DNA from: an uncultured Christensenella sp. | GTDB lineage: Bacteria > Bacillota > Clostridia > Christensenellales > UBA1242 | Reading direction: 5' to 3' | Length of the DNA stretch: 64,000 nt | NCBI GenBank assembly: GCA_949300385.1 | Contig: CASGDZ010000003.1 | Coordinates: 17,316 to 81,315 of the forward strand | Shown here: positions 35,876 to 43,641 of the stretch, piece by piece | Layout: each line of letters begins with the position of its first letter | Position numbering within the stretch: position 1 is the stretch's first letter | Program-made: the position numbers and the translations under genes | Notes under the pieces: model-generated | What the model saw: only the letters and a program-made list of their open reading frames with translations | Databases searched by the model: none | What the model was told of the DNA's origin: nothing

Positions 35876-37891
35876 ATGAAAGATTTTTTAAAAAAGGCAT
35901 TAAAATATCTTATCTTAGCAATTGTAGTTTATGTTGTTGCAACTATCATCATGACATATATCAATGAAGGTACAATAAGTTTCGGTGTTAAATATGCGAC
36001 AAGTGGACAACCATTTATCTTTGTATTTTTAGCGGTTGGTGTATTGCTAGTATACGACCTTTTACGAATACTAGACGGCAAGGGCGGGAAAAAGAAAAAA
36101 GATAAAGCGATAGATAAAGTTACAGACTCTCACGGAAACGAAACAACTCAATACTTCAATAGAGAATTCGTAAGCGAAGAAGAACTAAAAACAAATAAAA
36201 GTTATAATTACAACACTTTGTCAACTTTGAAAAATTGCAAAAAAGATGGTATACTTGTACGCGCAGACGAGTCAAAGGGCAAAATGGAAATTAACTTCGT
36301 CGAACCTATTCATACATTGATAGTAGGTACAACATCATCTGGTAAGACATCGCGTTTTGTCGTTCCGTCATTGCAACTTATGAGCATGACAGCCGCAAAA
36401 CCATCATTTGTTATAACTGACCCAAAAGGCGAATTATACGAAAAAGACGCAAATCATTTTATCGAGCAAGGTTATGATGTTAAAGTGTTAGATATTCGTG
36501 ACCCGTTTGCGTCAACTCAATGGAACCCATTAACATATGCATTTGATATATACACTCGTAGTTTCTCGCTAGAAAACGAAGTGCGTGTGCATCCTGCGGG
36601 CGATAACCCAAGAAGTTATAATCTAGTATTGCAACGCGATTTTGATTATGCTACTACAACATGGTTCGAGTTCGACGGAAAAGCATATGCAGACAAATCA
36701 GCATTAGAAAATGATATGCGCGTATTGTCAAGAAAATTGCGTGACGACACATACAATGCGCTTAATGACATTTGTACCACTCTCGCACCTATCGAAAGCG
36801 ATAAAGACCCTTCTTGGGAGCGCACAGCACAGCGATTAATTCACGCTGTAATGCTAGCCATGCTTGAAGATAGTAGAATACCTGAATTAGGAATGACGCG
36901 TGAGAAATATAACCTTTATAATGTACAAAAAATTTGTAATATAACAGACAGCGGTCGTGACACTTACGCAACGCTTAAAAAATATTTATTTGACTATCGC
37001 GATAAATTTTCACAAGTTCATGACCTTGCTTCTACCGCGCTTAACAACGCAGAAGGCACTTCTAAAAACTATATGGGCTTCGTTTCAAGTAAAACGGCTA
37101 TGTTCAGTGATGCTGGTATAAGTTTCATGACAGAAAAAACCGAAATTGACTTCATCGACATAGACGAAAAGCCAACAGCAATATTCCTAATCATTCCAGA
37201 CGAAATTCGCGTGCGTTATCCTTTAGCAATTTTATTCGTAACTCAATTATATAAGCGTCTAGTTGAAAAAGCGCAATCTATGGGCGGAAGATTAAAACGA
37301 AATGTTTACTTCATGCTAGACGAATTTGGTAACATGCCTAAATTCCCACAATTTGCATCCATTATGACAGTCGGTAGATCGCGTGGTATATTCTTCGAAC
37401 TTGCCGTTCAATCATATAGTCAGTTATACCAAATTTATGGTCAAGAAGAAGGTAAAATCATTAAAGACAACTGTCCTATTCAAGTTTATATCGCAACAGA
37501 AGATATGACAACAAACAAAGAATTTAGCGAGTTGCTTGGTAAAAAGACAATTCGACGAGAATCTGAAAATAAATCGGTTGGACCAGATGGTAAAGAAAGC
37601 AAATCGACAACGCCAACTATCGAATCTATACCACTTGTATATCCTGAACAATTAATGACATTTAGAGATAAAGGTGAAATCATTATTAAAACATTCTCTC
37701 CAAACGCTTGCTTAAAAACAAAAATTTCATCATGTTATACATCTAAAGTCTATAATATCTCAGAAAAGGGCGACATATATAGACCACGCCGTATGTTTGA
37801 CGAGAATGCAGTGTTCTATGATGCTAGACGAAGAAATCAAATCATGGCACAACAAAATGATGACGACGATGATGACGATGACTTATTCTAA
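35876..37891 (+). CDS. virD4: VirD4/TraG-family type IV coupling protein
   Basis: Two N-terminal TM helices, Walker A IVGTTSSGKTS, Walker B YFMLDEFGNM, and VQSYSQLYQIYG, the T4CP-typical Q..QL..YG. The C-terminus is DDDDDDDDLF. Confidence 0.85.
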   Translation: MKDFLKKALKYLILAIVVYVVATIIMTYINEGTISFGVKYATSGQPFIFVFLAVGVLLVYDLLRILDGKGGKKKKDKAIDKVTDSHGNETTQYFNREFVSEEELKTNKSYNYNTLSTLKNCKKDGILVRADESKGKMEINFVEPIHTLIVGTTSSGKTSRFVVPSLQLMSMTAAKPSFVITDPKGELYEKDANHFIEQGYDVKVLDIRDPFASTQWNPLTYAFDIYTRSFSLENEVRVHPAGDNPRSYNLVLQRDFDYATTTWFEFDGKAYADKSALENDMRVLSRKLRDDTYNALNDICTTLAPIESDKDPSWERTAQRLIHAVMLAMLEDSRIPELGMTREKYNLYNVQKICNITDSGRDTYATLKKYLFDYRDKFSQVHDLASTALNNAEGTSKNYMGFVSSKTAMFSDAGISFMTEKTEIDFIDIDEKPTAIFLIIPDEIRVRYPLAILFVTQLYKRLVEKAQSMGGRLKRNVYFMLDEFGNMPKFPQFASIMTVGRSRGIFFELAVQSYSQLYQIYGQEEGKIIKDNCPIQVYIATEDMTTNKEFSELLGKKTIRRESENKSVGPDGKESKSTTPTIESIPLVYPEQLMTFRDKGEIIIKTFSPNACLKTKISSCYTSKVYNISEKGDIYRPRRMFDENAVFYDARRRNQIMAQQNDDDDDDDDLF

Positions 37892-37908
37892 AATTATAAT
37901 TAAATGAT

Positions 37909-37941
37909 AAAAAACTAGCCTGGCGCTAGTTTTTTGTTTTT
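37909..37941 (+). terminator. virD4 terminator
   Basis: AAAAACTAGC-CTGGC-GCTAGTTTTTTGTTTTTT. Confidence 0.7.
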
Positions 37942-38070
37942 TATTAAATCCATATTTCTTTACCTACATAATTTGTAATAAATATTATAGAAATATTATA
38001 TTTTATGTAAATTATAGTATTTGTTCTAGATTAATTCATCATATTATTAATAATTGAAATTATTATAAAT

Positions 38071-38124
38071 AAATTATTATCAATCGTATTTTTAGATAAA
38101 TTATTATCAATTGTATTTTTAGAA
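38071..38124. repeat. 27-bp tandem direct repeat, two copies, 25/27 identical
   Basis: AAATTATTATCAATCGTATTTTTAGAT followed by AAATTATTATCAATTGTATTTTTAGAA. A partial third AAATTATTAT lies just upstream at 38057. Confidence 0.85.
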
Positions 38125-38238
38125 ACAGTTTATTAATTGCCAAACAACATAATTAATTTATCATTATAAATTTAAATGTATTATCAATCTGTCAATTTTT
38201 TAATATAATTTACATCAATAATAATAAAAATTAAATAT

Positions 38239-38502
38239 TTATTCCACCAAAATACCTGTAGACAAAAAATACTCTTCTTCAAACTCGCGAATTAAGTCGA
38301 TTTTTGATTTTTTTGGCGTCAAATACATTATGACATTTTCAATCTCAAATTTAATTGTAGTATTTATATTTAATAATTTATAAAAATCTAACGCTTGTTT
38401 TATTATTTCTTCATAATCATTACCTTTACTTAATCCCACCAAACGAATCAACTCTCCATTGACAAATTCAGCGAAAACCGACTTATATCTCTTTCTAATC
38501 AT
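38239..38502 (-). CDS. hypothetical 87-aa protein
   Basis: The start is moved to MIRKRYK, which follows a strong GGAGGA Shine-Dalgarno (complement of 38509-38514). No motif was recognised. Confidence 0.5.
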   Translation of the reverse strand: MIRKRYKSVFAEFVNGELIRLVGLSKGNDYEEIIKQALDFYKLLNINTTIKFEIENVIMYLTPKKSKIDLIREFEEEYFLSTGILVE

Positions 38503-38665
38503 GCTATCCTCCAAAAATTTAATATTATATATAATATTCGTGACATAATGATATAGTTCATATTCGCAAAATTTCCTAAAATACGACAAATTTATAAAAA
38601 AATAACCAACTTTAGATTAATAATTTTTTATTATAAGAAAAAATTGGAACTAAAATTTAATACCT

Positions 38666-38723
38666 AAAAACTCGATTATTTTCGAGTCTACTTCGCTAAA
38701 GGGAGTTAATTTGAACCAACGAC
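38666..38723 (-). pseudogene. degenerate copy of the tRNA-fMet 3' part (T arm and acceptor) with a copy of its terminator hairpin
   Basis: About 80 percent identical by eye to 38855-38912. The T stem (CCAAC to TAACT) and the acceptor/CCA are destroyed, so it cannot be a functional tRNA. Confidence 0.6.
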
Positions 38724-38850
38724 AGCGTCGCAATTCTCGTTTTTACTCAATCGCTCTATTGTTTCGCGATTTCGTCTTTTACTCGCTTGCTCCTTTTCCC
38801 CGTCAAAACTTTCGTTTTGCGGGGACCCCAACCCGAAGGTCTATCTCTAC
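38724..38850 (-). other. GC-elevated, ORF-free segment with two very stable tetraloop hairpins; function unknown (sRNA or recombination scar)
   Basis: Minus-strand CCCCG-CAAAAC-GAAA-GUUUUG-A-CGGGG (38798-38824) and GACC-UUCG-GGUU (about 38830-38842). There is also an internal 21-nt direct repeat, GAGTAAAAGACGAAATCGCGA / GAGTAAAAACGAGAATTGCGA. Confidence 0.35.
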
Positions 38851-38852
38851 AT

Positions 38853-38879
38853 GAAAAAAACTCGGATTAATTCCGAGTC
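38853..38879 (-). terminator. terminator of tRNA-fMet
   Basis: ACTCGGA-TTAAT-TCCGAGT hairpin with a T-run on the minus strand (A-run 38854-38860 on plus). Confidence 0.7.
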
Positions 38880-38883
38880 TACT

Positions 38884-38960
38884 TGGTTGCGGGAGTTGGA
38901 TTTGAACCAACGACCTTCGGGTTATGAGCCCGACGAGCTGCCGTGCTGCTCCATCCCGCG
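38884..38960 (-). tRNA. initiator tRNA-fMet (anticodon CAT), CCA encoded
   Basis: The reverse complement reads CGCGGGA-TG-GAGC-AGCACGGC-AGCTC-G-TCGGG-CTCATAA-CCCGA-AGGTC-GTTGG-TTCAAAT-CCAAC-TCCCGCA-A-CCA. It has the C1xA72 mismatch and three G-C pairs closing the anticodon stem, which are the initiator hallmarks. Confidence 0.92.
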
Positions 38961-39081
38961 ATATAAGAGATGTACAATCAGTACATTTCTATATTTACCA
39001 TATTATGCATGTTTTGTCAAGACTTTTACTTAAAATTTTTAATTTTATTGCGCTTTTTATTATATTTTGTAATTATTTTGT

Positions 39082-41088
39082 CTATTTTTCATTCACTAAA
39101 TAAAATGTGCATGTCGAAAGTTTTTTTCGCTTTAACCTTAAAATTTTACCTGACTGGCACCTATAACTATATCCATCTTTATACGGACATGCGCTACAAT
39201 TTGCACGCAAATGTTCTTTCATAGGGCAATGACGGAGCGTCATATATGGCGCATTAATATTCTTACCTTCTCCTTCCGCCTTCATATATGGCAAGTCAAA
39301 ACATTTAGCACTATACGAGTTGTATATGTTCATACCCCAACCTAACACCTTATCCACATTAAAATCTAACGCCCAAGCGTTGTTAACTATGATAGGTATA
39401 TTTGTTTTTTCAACAATCTCTCTTAAATACTCTATATCTTCACTTAGAGCGAAATTTATCATATCTAAAAATGGTCTTTTATTTAATTCTTTGCATTTTT
39501 GGATAAACTTTTTCACATCGTTAAATTCGTAAACTTCAGGCGAATATATAATATTATTCGACTTATACTCTTCATCTATATTTTCCACTATTTGAAAATC
39601 TTCAAAAATATTATGATTATAATCTAGATTTTCTAATTTTGTATGTTTAACTAAATTGTGATTTACGCTTGTCAAAGCACTATAAATTTTATCGAATACA
39701 TTTCGTCTAAACTCATTTAACATTGATTTTGGCATGAACACATTTTCAATTGTTGCATTTAAGTCAACATTAAAGTATTCACTCTTATTAAAATTATTTT
39801 TTAGTTCGTCAATAGTTAATGGACTATTTTTTGCTTCACTGCAAACAGGACCAAAAATTTCATATTTTTTATTATTTATTGTAAATTTTGCGGTAATTTT
39901 TTGATTTTCCATTGCAAAAACATTAATTTTTATATTTTTTCGTAAAATTTTATTTTTCATCTCTTCTTCTAATGCATTGTCGAGTATTAAATTTACACTA
40001 TCTTTTAATTTTAATTTTTGAGTCGTAGTAATTCGATACAAACCTTTTTCTTTACTAATATCATAAGCGGTCAAAGTCGTCAATTCTTCTCCGTCTCTAA
40101 AAATTTTGAATACCGACTTTGGACTTAAAATTCTATTTGACGAAATAAAAATTTCATTAAATTTTTTGCCATTTTTTACATATTTTACTTCGCCTATGTT
40201 TATACCGATATGCGATTGATATTTTGATATAATATCTCCGTTCCCATCAAAATAGCCTGCCGTATATCCCCTATTAAACGCAAGTTGAAGATTGTTATCC
40301 ACATTTTCCCCACGCACAGCATTTGCATATACTCTAGTAACCTCTCCTACATAGTATGGACGGCGTGCTCTTCCTTCTATTTTTATAGCGTCGACTCCTG
40401 CATTTTTCAATTCGTCGAGTTTAGAGAGCATGTTAAAATCTTTTGCACTTAAAAGGTAACCTTTTGCTAAAATTTTTCCCTTGTCCATAAATTCGTATGG
40501 AAGCCTACAAAGTTGTTTACACTTACCACGATTTCCACTATTGCCTGTAATATATTCACTCATATAGCAATTTCCAGAAAAACTGACACACAATGCACCT
40601 TGAACAAAATATTCTATTTCAATAGACGAATTATCCCTTATTCTTTTTATTTCGCTTAGCGGTGTCTCGCGTGCTAACACTACGCGCTTTACACCAAATT
40701 TTTCCAAAAACTTTACACCTTCTAAATTGTGTATACCCATTTGAGTGCTTGCATGAATTTCAATGTCAGGATATAATTTATGTACTAAACTAATAAGTCC
40801 TATATCTTGTATAATAAAGGCGTCAACACCTAAATTGTACGCATCGACAACTAAATCAAGCGCGGACTGAATCTCATCATCTCTAAAAAGTATATTCACA
40901 GTCAAATGTACTTTTACATCAAAAATATGTGCAAACTCGACCGCTTGTTTTAAACTTTCAAGCGAAAACCCTTCTATATTTCGCGCGTTAAAATCTTTAA
41001 CTCCCAAATAGACTTCATCTGCGCCATTATTGACTGCCATTTTTAAACTTTCCATATCTCCCGCTGGGGACAAAATTTTCAATCTCAT
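39082..41088 (-). CDS. peptidase U32 family protein (collagenase-like; the family includes RNA-hydroxylation enzymes)
   Basis: The N-terminus MRLKILSPAGDMESLKMAVNNGADEVYLG, the conserved segments E.F..GALC.S.SG.C and AIKIEGR, and the 668-aa length support the call. The start is moved to the MRLKIL methionine. Confidence 0.85.
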   Translation of the reverse strand: MRLKILSPAGDMESLKMAVNNGADEVYLGVKDFNARNIEGFSLESLKQAVEFAHIFDVKVHLTVNILFRDDEIQSALDLVVDAYNLGVDAFIIQDIGLISLVHKLYPDIEIHASTQMGIHNLEGVKFLEKFGVKRVVLARETPLSEIKRIRDNSSIEIEYFVQGALCVSFSGNCYMSEYITGNSGNRGKCKQLCRLPYEFMDKGKILAKGYLLSAKDFNMLSKLDELKNAGVDAIKIEGRARRPYYVGEVTRVYANAVRGENVDNNLQLAFNRGYTAGYFDGNGDIISKYQSHIGINIGEVKYVKNGKKFNEIFISSNRILSPKSVFKIFRDGEELTTLTAYDISKEKGLYRITTTQKLKLKDSVNLILDNALEEEMKNKILRKNIKINVFAMENQKITAKFTINNKKYEIFGPVCSEAKNSPLTIDELKNNFNKSEYFNVDLNATIENVFMPKSMLNEFRRNVFDKIYSALTSVNHNLVKHTKLENLDYNHNIFEDFQIVENIDEEYKSNNIIYSPEVYEFNDVKKFIQKCKELNKRPFLDMINFALSEDIEYLREIVEKTNIPIIVNNAWALDFNVDKVLGWGMNIYNSYSAKCFDLPYMKAEGEGKNINAPYMTLRHCPMKEHLRANCSACPYKDGYSYRCQSGKILRLKRKKLSTCTFYLVNEK

Positions 41089-41291
41089 ATTTATATTATA
41101 ACATAAGTCTATCAAATTTTCAACATTAAAATTTTGCATATAAAAAATTCAAATAATTATTTATATAATTTCATAAAAACTATAAATTTTATCTAAATTT
41201 TGATCAAATTAAATAAAATTTTAATAAATTTTGTAAAATCGATACAAACTTTTAAATTTGTGATATAATTAATACGTTTTAAGGAGAAATT

Positions 41292-42548
41292 ATGAAAGAA
41301 TTTAAGACAATTCCTATCACGCTTGTTACAGGATATTTAGGTAGCGGAAAAACTACACTTCTAAATTACATTTTATCTAATACAAAAGGATATAAAATCG
41401 CAGTTATCGTCAACGATATAGGAGAAGTAAACATTGACGCTGACTTAATCGAAAAAGGTGGCGTAGTAAACAAAAAAGAAGAAAGTCTTGTAGCGCTTCA
41501 AAATGGTTGCATATGCTGTACATTAAGAAAAGATTTAATCGAACAACTTCACGACATTATCAAGCAAAGAAAATTTGACCATATAATAATCGAAGCAAGT
41601 GGAATATGTGAACCTATTCCTATTGCGCAAACTATCAACTTTTTAACTGAAAGTTTTAAAGCAAAAGGCATGCCTATTTATTGCAAATTAGACGCTATAA
41701 TTTCCGTCGTTGATGCACTTAGAATGACACAAGAATTTGGTTGCGGTGACGATTTAATAAAAGAAAATATAGGCGAAGAAGATATTGAAAATTTAGTCAT
41801 TCAGCAAATCGAATTTTGCGATATCCTTATATTAAATAAAGTTAGTGAAGTCTCAAAAGAAGAATTATCGCGCGTTAAAAAGATTATTAAAAATTTGCAA
41901 CCAAAAGCAAAAATTATTGAAGCCGACTATTCTAAAGTAGATCTAAAAGAGATTTTAGATACAAACCGCTTTGATATGGAAAATGTTTTGACTTCTGCTG
42001 GTTGGTTTCAAGAAATTGATAAGGACATAGACGAAATTCAGAAAGAAAACGCAATAGACGAAGATGACGAAGATGATGAGCATGAACATGAGCACCACCA
42101 CGAACATCACGACGACCATGAACATGACCATGAACACGAGCACCACCACGAACACCATCATCACCACCACGACGGCGGAGAGACAGAAGAATATGGCATA
42201 GGTACATTCGTATATTTTAGACGCGAACCTTTTGACCGATTAAAATTTGAAGATTGGGCAAACAAAGATTATGGTAAAAAAATTATACGAACAAAAGGAC
42301 TAGTTTATTTCACGGACAACAATCGCAACGCTTATCTATATGAGCAAGCAGGAAAACAAAAAACTTTAACAGATAATGGCCCATGGCTAGCGACCTATCC
42401 ACGCTATCAAATTGAGCAAATGTTACTCAATGACGAGAAGTTTAGAAAAGATTGGGACGAAAAATATGGGGATAGAATGATAAAACTTGTCTTCATTGGT
42501 CAACACATAGACAAAAAGCAAATTTCCGCCGAACTTGATAAAATTTAA
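41292..42548 (+). CDS. COG0523 (CobW/YjiA/ZigA-like) G3E-family metallochaperone GTPase with an internal His-rich tract
   Basis: P-loop GYLGSGKTTLLN, metal motif GCICCT, His/Asp/Glu tract DEHEHEHHHEHHDDHEHDHEHEHHHEHHHHHHD, and a CobW C-terminal domain. Shine-Dalgarno is AAGGAGA. Confidence 0.85.
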   Translation: MKEFKTIPITLVTGYLGSGKTTLLNYILSNTKGYKIAVIVNDIGEVNIDADLIEKGGVVNKKEESLVALQNGCICCTLRKDLIEQLHDIIKQRKFDHIIIEASGICEPIPIAQTINFLTESFKAKGMPIYCKLDAIISVVDALRMTQEFGCGDDLIKENIGEEDIENLVIQQIEFCDILILNKVSEVSKEELSRVKKIIKNLQPKAKIIEADYSKVDLKEILDTNRFDMENVLTSAGWFQEIDKDIDEIQKENAIDEDDEDDEHEHEHHHEHHDDHEHDHEHEHHHEHHHHHHDGGETEEYGIGTFVYFRREPFDRLKFEDWANKDYGKKIIRTKGLVYFTDNNRNAYLYEQAGKQKTLTDNGPWLATYPRYQIEQMLLNDEKFRKDWDEKYGDRMIKLVFIGQHIDKKQISAELDKI

Positions 42549-42563
42549 AAATAAACTGCGAAT

Positions 42564-42590
42564 AAAAAATGAGCACAATGCTCATTTTTT
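42564..42590. terminator. bidirectional terminator
   Basis: AAAAAATGAGCA-CAA-TGCTCATTTTTT. Confidence 0.7.
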
Positions 42591-42653
42591 ACAATATTAA
42601 AATAATTCAAAATTTTTTAATTTTATAAATTATCTTCTATATATCATTAAATT

Positions 42654-43508
42654 TTAACTGCTAAATCCGCTCCAACTTCCATCATCTGGTATATAAAAGT
42701 CCTTTAAATCGTCATCAAAGTTTTTGTTGCTTTCGCAATCGAATTTTTCGTTGCTTTCGTCGTCAATCTTGTCTGCTGTTTCCTTATCTATAACTTTAAA
42801 AAACTTTTTAAATAAACTTAATAGACTAATAACTCGTTCTTCTATCTCATCATTAATCTTTTTAGTGTTTTTGATATAAACTTTTTGTTCTTTTTTCTCA
42901 TCTATATTTTGCCAATCGCGTTCAGGCATTTCATAAAAATAGCATGCAAATTTTTCTTTAACAAGGACAAAAAATTCTTCATCGCAAGTTATAATGTCAT
43001 TTTCTTCTTGAAAACCAAAATCATCTACAAAAGCCATGATATCATCTTTTGTGAAAATGTGATCATTTAGATATAATGATTTTAAAAATTCTAATCTAAA
43101 ATTTGCATTTCTCTTTAAATATTTATTAATGTAGTTATAAAAGAAATTTTTACAATTTAGTGGACTATTGGTTAATCGCCCTGCATTTAATAGATATTCC
43201 ATATCATTAATTAAAAATTTTGAATATTTTATTGAAGTATGGTCGTTAGTTTTAATAATCAAATTTCCCCATGAAGGGCACTCTCTGCCACATGGTTTAA
43301 TAGTTTTACCATTCCTTAAATTTCTTTCAATTCTATCCAATCTGGTACGACCTTTGTTATTTGATTGCTCATTATTTAAATATGCATAAAATTCTTCTTC
43401 ACTAATAGGTGGAACCTTGTTATAATTCTCTTCAATCATCTGTTCTATATCTTTATGTTTCTGCGCTCGACGATTTCTTACCTTTGTGGCTACAATTAAA
43501 TTTTCCAT
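42654..43508 (-). CDS. hypothetical 284-aa protein
   Basis: The start is moved to MENLIVATK, which follows an AGGAGAAC Shine-Dalgarno. No motif was recognised. The C-terminus is acidic. Confidence 0.5.
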   Translation of the reverse strand: MENLIVATKVRNRRAQKHKDIEQMIEENYNKVPPISEEEFYAYLNNEQSNNKGRTRLDRIERNLRNGKTIKPCGRECPSWGNLIIKTNDHTSIKYSKFLINDMEYLLNAGRLTNSPLNCKNFFYNYINKYLKRNANFRLEFLKSLYLNDHIFTKDDIMAFVDDFGFQEENDIITCDEEFFVLVKEKFACYFYEMPERDWQNIDEKKEQKVYIKNTKKINDEIEERVISLLSLFKKFFKVIDKETADKIDDESNEKFDCESNKNFDDDLKDFYIPDDGSWSGFSS

Positions 43509-43537
43509 AAGTTCTCCTAATGTATATATTTGTCGAA

Positions 43538-43566
43538 ATTCTAACATCAAATTGACAAGTTGTCAA
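43538..43566 (-). promoter_or_regulatory. promoter of the 284-aa gene; the -35 box lies in a 15-bp perfect palindrome
   Basis: On the minus strand: TTGACA (43566-43561), 17 nt, TAGAAT (43543-43538). TTGACAAGTTGTCAA (43552-43566) is a perfect 7-1-7 inverted repeat. Confidence 0.5.
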
Positions 43567-43607
43567 TAGCGAAATTTAGATTTTTGAAATTTTTTATTAT
43601 TTTCATC

Positions 43608-43635
43608 TTGCACTTATTATAAAATTTGATATAAT
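43608..43635 (+). promoter_or_regulatory. pth promoter placed for a leaderless transcript
   Basis: TTGCAC (43608-43613), 16 nt, TATAAT (43630-43635), 6 nt (AATAGC), then ATG at 43642. No Shine-Dalgarno is present. Confidence 0.45.
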
Positions 43636-43641
43636 AATAGC

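Larger units (their letters stand above)
28153..37891. other. type IV secretion-like gene cluster (five genes, about four transcription units) with no relaxase or integrase in the window
   Basis: See the individual CDS entries and finding 1. Confidence 0.7.

Noticed and set aside
38724-38850. I asked whether the segment after tRNA-fMet is SRP RNA, 6S RNA or a tmRNA.
   Set aside because: There is no GGAAGGAAGCAGC-type SRP domain IV, no tag reading frame and no acceptor/CCA. The segment is far too short for tmRNA. It is kept only as an unknown RNA or scar.
38851-39033. A 60-aa plus-strand ORF overlaps tRNA-fMet.
   Set aside because: It is simply the antisense of a canonical initiator tRNA. 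The same reasoning removes ORF 414-650, which overlaps tRNA-Asn.
41140-41291. I looked for a Zur box in front of the COG0523 GTPase gene.
   Set aside because: Only a weak AAATCGATAC fragment is present, and there is no 7-1-7-type palindrome resembling TAAATCGTAATNATTACGATTTA. I could not support this by eye.
43552-43566. I considered the perfect 15-bp palindrome TTGACAAGTTGTCAA as a dedicated operator.
   Set aside because: One half is the -35 box of a well-spaced TTGACA-17-TAGAAT promoter for the 284-aa gene. The palindrome may therefore be incidental. It is noted under that promoter rather than claimed as a regulator site.
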